Below the pieces are notes generated by a model that was not told where the DNA came from, ran no database searches, and saw only the letters and a list, made by a program, of their open reading frames with translations. From NCBI GenBank assembly GCA_965219995.1, contig CBDCOX010000002.1, positions 5,248,001-5,312,000 of the forward strand: DNA of 64,000 nt. The letters run 5' to 3'. The position numbers and the translations under genes are program-made. This DNA is from Candidatus Latescibacterota bacterium. GTDB taxonomy: Bacteria > Latescibacterota > UBA2968 > GCA-2709665. Of the stretch, positions 20,698-30,444 are shown piece after piece (the stretch's first letter is position 1; each line of letters begins with the position of its first letter).

Positions 20698-21231
20698 TCA
20701 TTTCCTCGCGTTCCACTGTGTCGCCGCGTTGCCGGCGACGACGGCCGTATCCTCCAGCCAGTCGCGCAGGTAACTCCCGTAGCCCCGGTCGACATAGATT
20801 TCGAACTCGTCCGCCCCGGTGGCCACCACGGCGGCGGCAACCTGTGCAAAGCGGGTGGGGCGGCAACCGCCCGGCGGGAAACCGGACGGGCGAAAGTCCA
20901 GTGCCGCGCCCGCAGCGAGCACCTCGCGGACGTCCCCGCCCGCGACGCGCAGAACCGAATAGGCCGCCGACTGATCGACGGCGTTGTGGAGCACGCCGGC
21001 AAGTTCCGCCGTGCATCGTTCGATCATGGCGGACGCCGTTTGCCGCGCGCTCGCCAGCAGCCAGTGATCGGGGCCGAGCCAGAGGCTCTGCGGATCCTCG
21101 CCCATGGCGCCCAACGGCGGCGCGAGTTGCAGGCACCGGACCGCCTCGCCGGCGGCCCGTCGCGCAACCCGGAGCGAAACCAGCGCGCGGTCCACCGCCG
21201 GCTCGATGCGGATGTCCAACCCCTCAGGCAC
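20698..21231 (-). CDS. soxG: Sarcosine oxidase-like gamma subunit
   Basis: LWLGPDHWL, VDQS, EIYVDRGYGSYLRDWL; GTG start overlaps the soxA end. Confidence 0.88.
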   Translation of the reverse strand: MPEGLDIRIEPAVDRALVSLRVARRAAGEAVRCLQLAPPLGAMGEDPQSLWLGPDHWLLASARQTASAMIERCTAELAGVLHNAVDQSAAYSVLRVAGGDVREVLAAGAALDFRPSGFPPGGCRPTRFAQVAAAVVATGADEFEIYVDRGYGSYLRDWLEDTAVVAGNAATQWNARK

Positions 21232-24073
21232 GCATCCGCTCCCCCGCCGGATCGTAGAAGCAGGGCTCGACGACGCGCGCCGGCGTGGTGCGGCCATCGT
21301 CGTAGACGAGCACCTCTTCGCCCTTGCGCCCGAAGCCGCCCTCGATCAGGCCGATGCCGATGGCCTTGCCCAGGGTGGGGCTCCGGCAGGCGCTCGTGAC
21401 GAAACCCTCGCTGCGCAGTGCTCCGTTGCCGCCCGTGACGACGTGGGCGCCGGCCGCGACGCTCCCGTTCGGATCCAGGAGTTCGAACCCCACCAGTTGG
21501 CGGCGGTCCCCCCGCCGGTCGTTGGGACGCGCCAGGGACCGGGCGCCGATGAAATCGCGCCGCTTTCGGGCGACCACCCCGCCGAACCCGATGTCCAGGG
21601 GGTTCGTCGTGCCGTCCGTGTCGACGCCGACGTGAATGAACCCCTTTTCCGTGCGCAGCACCATCAGTGCCTCCACTCCGATCGGAGCGACGTCCCCGGA
21701 ACCCGTCCCCGACCGGAGCCGTTCGAAGATCGACGCGGCGCGGTCCGACGAAACGGTGAGTTCGTAGCTCTGCTCGCCGGAAAAGCTCACGCGCTGCAGG
21801 CGATACGGCGTGCCGTCGGCAAGGCGGCCCTCGGCAAAGCTCATGTGGGGAAAGCTGGCGGTCGACAGGTCCATCATCCCCGGCAGCGCCTGCAGTACCC
21901 CGCGCGCGTCCGGGCCGGCGAGCGTCGCCACCGCCCATTGGGACGTGACGTTGCTCAGCACCACCTCGAGGTCGAAATACTCGCACTGTAGCCACTCCTC
22001 GAGCCAGGCCGCGACACGGTCCGCGTTGCCCGAAGTGGTGTTGACCAGGTAGTGATCCTCGGCGATGCGGACGAACACGCCATCGTCCATGACGACGCCG
22101 TTCTCGTTCAGCATCAGGCCGTAGCGCACCCGTCCGGACTTGAGGGTCAGGGCGTTGTTGACGTAGATGCGGTCGAGGAACGCCGCCGCATCCGGCCCCA
22201 GAACCTCGATCTTGCCGAGCGGCGAGCCGTCGAAGAGCCCCGCCGACCGCCGCACCGCCAGCACCTCGCGGGCGATCGCCGCGTCGCGGTCGGAGCCGTA
22301 GCAGGCCGGCCGCTTCCAGCTCCCGTAATCGTCGAACACGGCGCCATGCGCGGCATGCCAGTCGTGGGCGGCCAGCAGTTTCGGGGGCAGGTAGAAGTCG
22401 CCGCGGCGGTTGCCGGCGATCGCGCCCATGCTCACCGGCGCGAACTGCGGCCGGCTGGTGGTCGTGCCCACCTCCCCCGGCGGCCTCCCGGTCAGTTGCC
22501 CGAGCAGGGCCAGGGCGTTCAGGTTGCTCGTCTTGCCCTGGTCCACGGCCATGCCGGCCGTGGTGTAGCGTTTCATGTGCTCGACGGAGACGTAGTTCTC
22601 GCGCACGGCAAGCTCGATGTCCGCGACCGTCACGTCGTGCTGGAAGTCCACCCACTGGCGGCCGGTGCGCCCCGGCGCGGCGGTGCATGGACGGACCGGC
22701 GAGCCGCCCCCCGGAGCGAAGCCGCCGCTCGCGGCGCCGACCGTCTCCCATCCCTCGGGATCCCGGTCCGGCACGAACGCGTGCTGCGTCGCGTCGTAGC
22801 GCAGCCTGCCGCCCGCCTGCGAGTAGAGCTGCGTTGCGGGGTTCATGCCCCCGGACATGCCGATGACGTCGCAGTCCACCTGCCGCACCGATCCGTCGCG
22901 GTCGGCGAAGCGCAACGCCCGCGCGCCGCGCGATCCCCGCGCCGCCAGCGGCGTGGCCCCGCGGTACACCGGGATGCCGCGCTCCTCAGCGGCGTCGAGG
23001 AGACCCGCTTCGACCTCGTCGCGCGTATCGACGATGCCGCACACGGGCGTGCCCGCATCGCGCACCGCCAGCAGCGAGCGCCACCCGGCATCGTTGTTGA
23101 GCACGCCGGCGACGCTGCGGCCGCAGTCCACGCCGAAGCGGGTCGCGTACTTGTGAACGGCACCGGCGAGCATCACGCCCGGCAGGTCGTTGTTGGCGAA
23201 CAGCATCGGCTGCTCGAACGCGCCGGCGGCCAGCACGACCTGCCCGGCGCGTACCTTCCAGAAGCTCTCCACGGCGCCGTCGCCCCGCCAGGCGGCACCG
23301 CGGTCGTGGATGGTGAGGACGTTGTGGTCATAGCATCCGGCGACGGTCGCATTGGCCATGAGCCGGACGTTGTCCATGCCGGCAAGCTCGGCAAGCGCCG
23401 CGGCCAGCCATTCGTCCGAACCGAGCCCTTCGATCTCCGTGGAATCATGGAGCAGGGAGCCGCCGAACTCCGTGTCCTGCTCGACGAGCACCACGTCCTC
23501 GCCCCGACGGCCCGCCGCAAGAGCGGCCATGAGACCCGACGGGCCGGAACCGACCACGAGCACCGCGCAGTGGCCGTGCAGGTGCCGGTAGCGCGTGGCG
23601 TCCGTGCCGCCCGGCACGCGCCCGATGCCGCCCACGCGGCGCACCGCCCACTCGAACGCGCGCCAGTCCGGCCACTTGAACATCTTGTAGTAGAAGCCGG
23701 CGGGCCACAGGGCGCGCGTGAAGTCGAGCACGCGCCCGAGGTCGAAGTTGACCGAGGGAAAGCGGTTCTGGGACCTGGCCTCGAGCCCGTCGAGCAGGGG
23801 CATGGCGGTGGCGCGGACCGTCGGGATCCTTCCCGAACCCCAGTCCACGCTCAAGAGCGCGTTCGGTTCCTCGATGCCGGCGGTCAGCACGCCTCGGGGG
23901 CGGTGGAACTTCATGCTGCGCCCCACGACCCGCACGCCGTTGGCGAGCAGCGCCGAAGCCAGGGTGTCGCCGGGATGACCGAGACAGCGGCGCCCGTCGA
24001 ACGTGAACGCGATGCCGCGCGTCCGGTCGATACGGCCGCCTTCGGGCTTGCGGAAGGGCTGCGGCGCGCTCAT
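21224..24073 (-). CDS. soxA: Sarcosine oxidase-like alpha subunit
   Basis: GDTLASALLANG, KFHRPRG, VGSGPSG, EHMKRYTT, GcvT-like C-terminus. Confidence 0.93.
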   Translation of the reverse strand: MSAPQPFRKPEGGRIDRTRGIAFTFDGRRCLGHPGDTLASALLANGVRVVGRSMKFHRPRGVLTAGIEEPNALLSVDWGSGRIPTVRATAMPLLDGLEARSQNRFPSVNFDLGRVLDFTRALWPAGFYYKMFKWPDWRAFEWAVRRVGGIGRVPGGTDATRYRHLHGHCAVLVVGSGPSGLMAALAAGRRGEDVVLVEQDTEFGGSLLHDSTEIEGLGSDEWLAAALAELAGMDNVRLMANATVAGCYDHNVLTIHDRGAAWRGDGAVESFWKVRAGQVVLAAGAFEQPMLFANNDLPGVMLAGAVHKYATRFGVDCGRSVAGVLNNDAGWRSLLAVRDAGTPVCGIVDTRDEVEAGLLDAAEERGIPVYRGATPLAARGSRGARALRFADRDGSVRQVDCDVIGMSGGMNPATQLYSQAGGRLRYDATQHAFVPDRDPEGWETVGAASGGFAPGGGSPVRPCTAAPGRTGRQWVDFQHDVTVADIELAVRENYVSVEHMKRYTTAGMAVDQGKTSNLNALALLGQLTGRPPGEVGTTTSRPQFAPVSMGAIAGNRRGDFYLPPKLLAAHDWHAAHGAVFDDYGSWKRPACYGSDRDAAIAREVLAVRRSAGLFDGSPLGKIEVLGPDAAAFLDRIYVNNALTLKSGRVRYGLMLNENGVVMDDGVFVRIAEDHYLVNTTSGNADRVAAWLEEWLQCEYFDLEVVLSNVTSQWAVATLAGPDARGVLQALPGMMDLSTASFPHMSFAEGRLADGTPYRLQRVSFSGEQSYELTVSSDRAASIFERLRSGTGSGDVAPIGVEALMVLRTEKGFIHVGVDTDGTTNPLDIGFGGVVARKRRDFIGARSLARPNDRRGDRRQLVGFELLDPNGSVAAGAHVVTGGNGALRSEGFVTSACRSPTLGKAIGIGLIEGGFGRKGEEVLVYDDGRTTPARVVEPCFYDPAGERMRA

Positions 24074-24375
24074 CCGCCGGTGTCGGCGCTCGCGCCGTCC
24101 ACGTCATCGAGGACGGGGCGGGCTTCGCCGACCCGGTAGACCGCGTGAATCCTGTGCGTCACGGTGTCGCGCACCACCTGGAACCACTGGTTGCAGCCGT
24201 AGCTGTGACACCAGCGTTCGTGCACGAGCCCCTTCGGGTTGTCCCGGTTGAACAGGTAGTCCGCCCACTCGGCATCGCTGGCTCCGGCCTGTGGAATCTC
24301 CTGCAGCGCTTCGCCGCCGTAACGGAACTCCGCCTCGTCGCGCTCGCCGCAGAACGGACAGGGAATCGTGAGCAT
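24070..24375 (-). CDS. soxD: Sarcosine oxidase-like delta subunit
   Basis: MLTIPCPFCGERDEAEFRYGGE...HSYGCNQWF...RDTVT (C-terminal part of ORF 24070..25551). Confidence 0.93.
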   Translation of the reverse strand: MLTIPCPFCGERDEAEFRYGGEALQEIPQAGASDAEWADYLFNRDNPKGLVHERWCHSYGCNQWFQVVRDTVTHRIHAVYRVGEARPVLDDVDGASADTGG

Positions 24376-25619
24376 CAGTGCGACACTCCCGACGCCGCGC
24401 CCTCGTCGATGAGCGCCCCGGTCTCGAACCGGTCGAGGCCGAAATCGGCGATCAGGGGATGCGGGGCGTCGTGGGCGATGGTGTGCGCCATCGTCTCGCC
24501 CCCGGCCGGGATCGCCTTGTAGCCGCCCGTGCCCCAGCCGCCGCTGACGTACAGGTTCCGGACCGGCGTCGTACCCATGATCGGCGTCGTGTCCGGCGTG
24601 ATGTCGACGATCCCCGCCCATTGGCGCAGCAGCCGGAGACGGCTGAACGCGGGGAACAGCTCGATGAGCGCCGCCAGGTTCTCTTTGAGGAGCGGGACGC
24701 CGCCGCGCTGCGCGTAGCTGCCGTAGCCGTCCGCGCCGCCGCCGATCACCAGTTCGCCGCGGTCCGACTGGCTGACGTACACGTGAATCACCGGTGAGAG
24801 CACCACGGTGTCCAGGCACGGCTTGACCGGCTCGCTGACCATCGCCTGCAGCGCCATGCTCGTGATCGGTACGCGAAAACCCGCCTGCGCCGCCAGCACG
24901 CCCGTGTGGCCCGCCACGCAGATGCAGACGCGGTCCGCCGCGATGGAGCCGCGGTTGGTGGTCACGCCCGTCACCTTGCCCTGGTCGATGTCGAAGCCGG
25001 TGACCTCGCACTGTTCGACGATGTGCACGCCCAGGGCGCTCGCCGCACGGGCGTATCCCCAGGCAACGGCATCGTGCCGGGAGATGCCGCCCCGGCGCTG
25101 AATGAACCCGCCGTGCACCGGGAAGCGGGCGTCGAGATTGAGCAGCGGCACGAGCTTGCCGATCTCCGCGGGCGTCAGGACGTCGGAGTCGATACCGTTG
25201 ATGCGGATCGCGTTCGTCCAGCGCCGCAGCGCCTCCATCTCGTGATGGCTGTGCGCCAGCGTCAGGATGCCGCGCTGGCTGAGCATCACGTTGAAGTTGA
25301 GTTCCCGGCCGAGGCCCTCGTAGAGCTCGAGCGAGCGCTCGAAGAACGCCGCGCTCTGGGGCCAGAAGTAGTTGGAACGCGTGACCTGGGTGTTGCGCCC
25401 CGTGTTCCCGCCGCCGAGCCAGCCCTTCTCGAGAACCGCGACGTTCGTGATGCCGTGGTGCTTCGCCAGATAGTAGGCGGTGGCGAGGCCATGACCGCCG
25501 GCGCCCACGACGACGACGTCGTAGGCCCGCGCCGGCTCGGCGGAGCGCCACGCAGCCGGCCAGCGCCGATGACCGCGCAGAGCCCGCCCGAACACTGTCG
25601 AGAAAGAGTATCCCCTCAT
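24375..25619 (-). CDS. soxB: Sarcosine oxidase-like beta subunit
   Basis: GAGGHGLATAYYLAK, GGGNTGRNT, RHDAVAWGYA, GWGTGGYKA. Confidence 0.93.
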   Translation of the reverse strand: MRGYSFSTVFGRALRGHRRWPAAWRSAEPARAYDVVVVGAGGHGLATAYYLAKHHGITNVAVLEKGWLGGGNTGRNTQVTRSNYFWPQSAAFFERSLELYEGLGRELNFNVMLSQRGILTLAHSHHEMEALRRWTNAIRINGIDSDVLTPAEIGKLVPLLNLDARFPVHGGFIQRRGGISRHDAVAWGYARAASALGVHIVEQCEVTGFDIDQGKVTGVTTNRGSIAADRVCICVAGHTGVLAAQAGFRVPITSMALQAMVSEPVKPCLDTVVLSPVIHVYVSQSDRGELVIGGGADGYGSYAQRGGVPLLKENLAALIELFPAFSRLRLLRQWAGIVDITPDTTPIMGTTPVRNLYVSGGWGTGGYKAIPAGGETMAHTIAHDAPHPLIADFGLDRFETGALIDEGAASGVSH

Positions 25620-25770
25620 GGGTCTATCCGTGACGCAGCAACGCCGTCCGAGCCTCAACGGATTCCTGGAGTCGACGCAGCGGCCCGCCGTTGAGGTCGA
25701 GGTCCGGGGCTGCGTTTCGTAAGGTACCCGAACGGCCGCAACCCCGAGGCCGCGAACCGCAGACCGACCG

Positions 25771-26742
25771 ATGAGGGACCCGCCCGTGAACGTACCCGTC
25801 CTCGACAGTGACACCGTCCTTCGGACGCTCCCGATGTCCGACTGCATCGACCTCATGGCCGCCACCCAGGCCGCCATCAGCCGGGGCGACATCGAACTGC
25901 CGTTGCGCATGATGCTCAGCGTCGCGGATGGCGCCGGCTACTTCGGCGTGATGCCCGGCGAAGTCGGCGCCGAAGAGGTGTTCGGGGCGAAGCTCGTCAC
26001 GCTGTTCCCCGACAACCCGTCCCGCGGCATACCCACCGTGCAGGGCTACATCCTGCTCTTCAACCGCGCGGACGGCACCCCGCTCGCCCTGGTGGAGGCG
26101 GCCTCCGTCACCGCCCTGCGCACGGCCGCCGCGAGCGCCGCCGCGACCCGGGCGCTCGCGCGGGCAGACGCTTCGATTCTCGCGGTGCTGGGCTGCGGCG
26201 TGCTGGCGGAGTCGCACCTCGAAGCCATGCTCGCGATACGCCCGGTGCGGGACGTCCGGATCTGGGGCAGGGACGTGGACAAAGCGACGGCCTTCGCCGA
26301 ACGCCACGCGAGTCGAGGCGGAGCGCGTGTCCGGGCGGTGGCCGACGCCGCCGAGGCCGTGGCCGACGCACACCTGGTCTGCACGGTCACCGGCAGCAAC
26401 ACCCCGATCCTCGAAGGCGAGTGGCTGTCGCCCGGAGCGCACGTCAACCTCGTCGGCGCCCACAATCCCGCCACCCGCGAAGCCGACGGCGCCGTGCTCG
26501 GGCGGGGCCGCGTCTACACGGAGATCACAGAGTTCGCCCTGGCGGAAGCGGGCGACCTGCTCCTCGCCGTCGAGGAGGGGCGCTTCGCCCTGGACGACAT
26601 CGTCGGGGAGATCGGCCAGGTGATCGACGGCGAGATTCAGGGGCGGGAGGACGACGACGAGATCACCGTTTACAAGAGCCTGGGCAACACCGCGCAGGAC
26701 CTGGCCGCGGCACGTGCGGTCTTCAGTCGGACATCCCGATGA
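25771..26742 (+). CDS. Ornithine cyclodeaminase/mu-crystallin family protein
   Basis: FGAKLVTLFPDN, TALRTAAASA, GCGVLA, YKSLGNTAQDLAAA. Confidence 0.92.
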   Translation: MRDPPVNVPVLDSDTVLRTLPMSDCIDLMAATQAAISRGDIELPLRMMLSVADGAGYFGVMPGEVGAEEVFGAKLVTLFPDNPSRGIPTVQGYILLFNRADGTPLALVEAASVTALRTAAASAAATRALARADASILAVLGCGVLAESHLEAMLAIRPVRDVRIWGRDVDKATAFAERHASRGGARVRAVADAAEAVADAHLVCTVTGSNTPILEGEWLSPGAHVNLVGAHNPATREADGAVLGRGRVYTEITEFALAEAGDLLLAVEEGRFALDDIVGEIGQVIDGEIQGREDDDEITVYKSLGNTAQDLAAARAVFSRTSR

Positions 26743-26753
26743 AAGGTCATGGC

Positions 26754-27608
26754 TCAGGGCTCCAGACTACCGTGCCGTCGATCCAACAGCCCCAGTTTTC
26801 GGCCTTGCCACGGCTGGCCAGGCAGCCGCGATAGCAGCGCCTCCGTCACCACCCGCGCCGCTGCGGTCGCGTCCCACTCGCGCTTCGTGGCAAGCAGACC
26901 GCTCAGGTCGGATCCAAAAGCGGGGTCGCGGAGCTTTCCGTCGAGGTTCCGCTCGAACGCCGCGCGGGTAGGGGAACGGTTCTCCTCCTCCGTGTACGAG
27001 CGGAACGTCTGGACGATGCGCTTCGGATCACTCTCGCCATCGCCGAGACCCACCATCAGGTCGAACAGGTCGCGCCCCTTCTTCCGCTGGTAGAGTGCCC
27101 GCAACTTCGTGGCCGGCAGTTCGTCGAGTTCGAATGTCCGAATGCTGGCCGTTCGCTCGAACCAACGGGATCGCACGGTGAACGCACGCTCCGTATAGCC
27201 GAGGACGGCCAGGTGCTCGCGGGTGTTGATCTCGACCTTCAGCCGCATCTTCATGGGAGGGGCGCCGCCCGACTCGAAGGCGTAGCGGAAAGTCACGCGA
27301 CCGTGCGTCTGCTTCCACCCTGGCTTGCCGAGCCACGGATTGAGCGTTTCCTGGATCGCATCCATCACCCCACCGGCGGGGCCCGCCTCCACCTGCACCA
27401 GATCGATGTCTTCGGAGTAGCGCGCCGCAGGCGTCAGATACAGCTTGTACAGCGCCGTTCCACCACGGAAGGCAAGAGACCGGGCAAGCACGGGGTGCGA
27501 GAACATCTCCACGAGTGCGCGGCTGATGACGAGATCCTGCTCGACCTGGGCATCGTCTACCCACGGAGCAGTGGCCCGCCAGGCGGTAACGTAATCTCGC
27601 GGGATCAC
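26754..27608 (-). CDS. abiEii: AbiEii nucleotidyltransferase toxin (type IV TA)
   Basis: QVEQDLVISRAL, FRGGTALYK, RYSEDIDL, KLRALYQRKKGRDLFD; GTG start overlaps the antitoxin stop. Confidence 0.9.
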   Translation of the reverse strand: MIPRDYVTAWRATAPWVDDAQVEQDLVISRALVEMFSHPVLARSLAFRGGTALYKLYLTPAARYSEDIDLVQVEAGPAGGVMDAIQETLNPWLGKPGWKQTHGRVTFRYAFESGGAPPMKMRLKVEINTREHLAVLGYTERAFTVRSRWFERTASIRTFELDELPATKLRALYQRKKGRDLFDLMVGLGDGESDPKRIVQTFRSYTEEENRSPTRAAFERNLDGKLRDPAFGSDLSGLLATKREWDATAAARVVTEALLSRLPGQPWQGRKLGLLDRRHGSLEP

Positions 27609-28402
27609 GCTTCCGACTCGATCGGGACATTGACCAGCAGCCGCCAGTCTCGCGACCGCACCGCGCCTCCCGTCGGCGCGGACGGCACCAGCCTGGTGTA
27701 GTTGCGCGCGCGCTCTCGCACGTAGTCCCTGAGCGGGACGCAACTGTCCCCTGCGCCCACGAACTCGAGCAGAAACCCCAGCCGCTGCGCCCACAGCACC
27801 GAGGCGGATCGCGCGGCCTCGACCAGCAGGGCCGGGTCCATCTGATCCGAGAGTTCGGAGAGCATCCCCGTTATCCGGTCGATGCCCCCGGCCCGGCCCG
27901 CGTAACCGACAAGGTCGATCGCCGTCGCTTCGACGGTCGAGGCAAGAATGGTTCCGCGTGGATTGGCGAAGGTGCACAGTGGCACGCCGGCCAGCCCGGT
28001 CCGCGAGATGAAGTCAACCCCCACCGCCCCGCACCTGATCGCCCGCCGGCTTCTTTCCACCATCACCTGAAAGACCTGTGGTCGATGGTGGGCGGCCCCG
28101 TGGTACTGTGCCGCAGACAGGAGTCCCGCGTAATACGGCACCGTGCGGTGATGCATGAGTGCCGGAATGAACTGGTCCGGCGGCAGGCAACCGAGGCCGC
28201 GATACTCCGGGGGCACGACCACGTAGAAGCCTCGCCCAGGACTTGCTATCTCTCCGCGTTTCGTCAGCCGCCACAGCGACTGGTTCGCGGCTGCGGCGGA
28301 CACGCCGAGCGCCGAACGGAACTCCGAAGACGTGAAGTGGTATCGCCCGCGTGCGGCGAAGTGGACCACCAAATCACGCGCACTCGTCGCTCTCTCGTAC
28401 AT
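27605..28402 (-). CDS. abiEi: AbiEi antitoxin
   Basis: GRYHFT, RGFYVVVPPEY, YYAGLLSAAQYHGAAHHRPQ, QRLGFLLE. Confidence 0.9.
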   Translation of the reverse strand: MYERATSARDLVVHFAARGRYHFTSSEFRSALGVSAAAANQSLWRLTKRGEIASPGRGFYVVVPPEYRGLGCLPPDQFIPALMHHRTVPYYAGLLSAAQYHGAAHHRPQVFQVMVERSRRAIRCGAVGVDFISRTGLAGVPLCTFANPRGTILASTVEATAIDLVGYAGRAGGIDRITGMLSELSDQMDPALLVEAARSASVLWAQRLGFLLEFVGAGDSCVPLRDYVRERARNYTRLVPSAPTGGAVRSRDWRLLVNVPIESEA

Positions 28403-28507
28403 TCAGCGCATGATATTTCATTTTTCGTGATTTTTGACGTTCGATATGGGGAACTCTCGAGGGGTTCGCTTCTCGCAATCAGCCACGGTTGGGCTGGGTC
28501 GCGGGGG

Positions 28508-30289
28508 TTAGGGACGATCCTGCGCGTCGATCCAGCGCTGCATCCGGTTGTCCAGGACCTTCAGCGGCAGCGAACCGCCCGTGAGCAGCTCTACGTGGAA
28601 CTCCCGCAGGTCGAACCTGTCGCCGAGCGCCTCTTCGGCGCGCCGGCGCAGATCGCGGATCTTCAGCTCGCCGTACTTGTACGCCGTCGCCTGGCCGGGA
28701 TAGGTGATGTAGCGGTCGACCTCGGCGATGACGTTCCTGCGGGTCAGGCCGGTGTTGGCCACCATGAAGTCGATGGCCTCCTGGCGTGTCCAGTCCATGA
28801 CGTGGAGGCCGGTGTCCACGACCAGGCGGGCGGCGCGCCACATGTCGTAGATCAGGCGGCCGAAGCGCTCGTAGGGCGTGGTGTAGATGCCCATCTCCTC
28901 CCCGAGGAACTCGCTGTACAACCCCCAGCCCTCGCCGTAGGCGTGGAAGTAGTAGAAGCGCCGCCAGGTGGGGAGATCCTTGTTCTCGCCCTGGAACGAG
29001 AACTGCAGGTGGTGGCCCGGCACCGACTCGTGGAGGCCCAGGGCGGGAAGCTCGTAGAGCGGGCGGCTCGAGAGATCGTACAGGTTCACGAAGTACTGAC
29101 CGGCACGCGTGCCGTCCCCGGCGCCGGGCTGGTAGAAGGCCGTGGCGGTCAAGGGCGCGATCTGTTCGGGTATCACGCTGATGCCGTAGGGGTTGCCGGG
29201 TAGCCGGGAGAAGAACTGCGGCAGCCGGGCTTCGATGGTCTTGCCGATCCACGCGACGCGGTGCAGGTAGGTCTCTTCATCGGCAGCGTAGAACCGGGGG
29301 TCGGAGCGCAGGAAGGCCAGGAACTCGGCGAAGTCCCCCTCGAAGTCCACCTCCTCCATCACCGCTTCCATCTCTCCCCGGATGCGGTCGACCTCCTGGC
29401 GGCCGAGGGCGTGAATGGTGGACGCATCCGTGTCCAGGCTGGTGTAGTAGCGCAGGGCATGGTCGTAGGCTTCCCGCCCGCGCGGCACCGACGACAGGCC
29501 GACCGACGTTCGGCACGCCGGTTCGTAGCTCTCGGCATAGAACTCCGCGAAGGCCCGGTAGGCGGGGTTGACGACTTCGTCGATCACGCGCATCGCCTCG
29601 CCGCGCAACTCCTCGCGCACGGTCGCCGCAACGGAGTCGGGGACGGCCGCGAACGGCTTGGCGAAAACGCTCGCCTCCGGCGTGTCCGAGACGTAGTCGG
29701 CGATGGACTTCCCGTATCCCCCGAGCGACGCGCAAGGCTGCGTGTAACCGCCTTCCATCCCCACCCGCAGGAGGTCGACGTTCTGCCGGGCGTACACGCC
29801 AAAGCCCCGCAGGCGTTCCAGCAGATCGCGGTAGTCCTGCTCCGACGCATACCGGGTCGCCAGGATCACGTCCGCGAAGCGGCTGTGCCAGCCGCCGAGG
29901 GAGGTGATCGTGAAGAAGCGGGTGCCGAAATCCAGGTTGCGCCGTTCGTGGGTCAGCATCCATTCGAAGGCTTCGTAGTTCTCGCGATTGGCCGGCTTCA
30001 GCTCCCGCGGGTCGATCTCCGCGAGCGCGGCGATGGTCCGGTCGAGCGTCGCCACCCGGGCCGCGAGCGCCTCCGGGCTGAGGTCGTCGACGCGGTCCCG
30101 GAACCGGTTCTCCCCCCAAAAGGCGGCGGTCAGTGGCGCAGCGCGGACCTGGGCCTCCCAGAAGTCCTCCATGAGAAGCTCCAGCGATTCGTCCGAAGAA
30201 GAGGCATGGGCAGCGCCGCCGACCGCCAGGACGAGTGCGAGCAGGATGCATCGGCGCGGGCGGGCGCGGGACGGTTGTTGTTCGCTCAT
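28508..30289 (-). CDS. DUF885 family exported protein
   Basis: HESVPGHHLQ, EGWGLYSE, RAARLVVDTGLH, PGQATAYKYG. Confidence 0.92.
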   Translation of the reverse strand: MSEQQPSRARPRRCILLALVLAVGGAAHASSSDESLELLMEDFWEAQVRAAPLTAAFWGENRFRDRVDDLSPEALAARVATLDRTIAALAEIDPRELKPANRENYEAFEWMLTHERRNLDFGTRFFTITSLGGWHSRFADVILATRYASEQDYRDLLERLRGFGVYARQNVDLLRVGMEGGYTQPCASLGGYGKSIADYVSDTPEASVFAKPFAAVPDSVAATVREELRGEAMRVIDEVVNPAYRAFAEFYAESYEPACRTSVGLSSVPRGREAYDHALRYYTSLDTDASTIHALGRQEVDRIRGEMEAVMEEVDFEGDFAEFLAFLRSDPRFYAADEETYLHRVAWIGKTIEARLPQFFSRLPGNPYGISVIPEQIAPLTATAFYQPGAGDGTRAGQYFVNLYDLSSRPLYELPALGLHESVPGHHLQFSFQGENKDLPTWRRFYYFHAYGEGWGLYSEFLGEEMGIYTTPYERFGRLIYDMWRAARLVVDTGLHVMDWTRQEAIDFMVANTGLTRRNVIAEVDRYITYPGQATAYKYGELKIRDLRRRAEEALGDRFDLREFHVELLTGGSLPLKVLDNRMQRWIDAQDRP

Positions 30290-30444
30290 CGTTTCAGCCT
30301 GTGGAACCGGGACGGGGTGGGAGACAAATGGCTGTCCGCCGTGGTCCTATGACGCATCGTCGGGAAGATCACTCAGCGTCCGGGCTGCGGATGATTTGCC
30401 GTGGAGCGCGAACCGCTGGGGCACGCGAATCGGGAGGTGGAGCG

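Noticed and set aside
18114-21257. 1047-aa + strand ORF and similar long ORFs (22052..24139, 52888..55941, 59013..61136)
   Set aside because: Arg/Gly/Pro-rich alternative-frame or antisense shadows of well-supported genes
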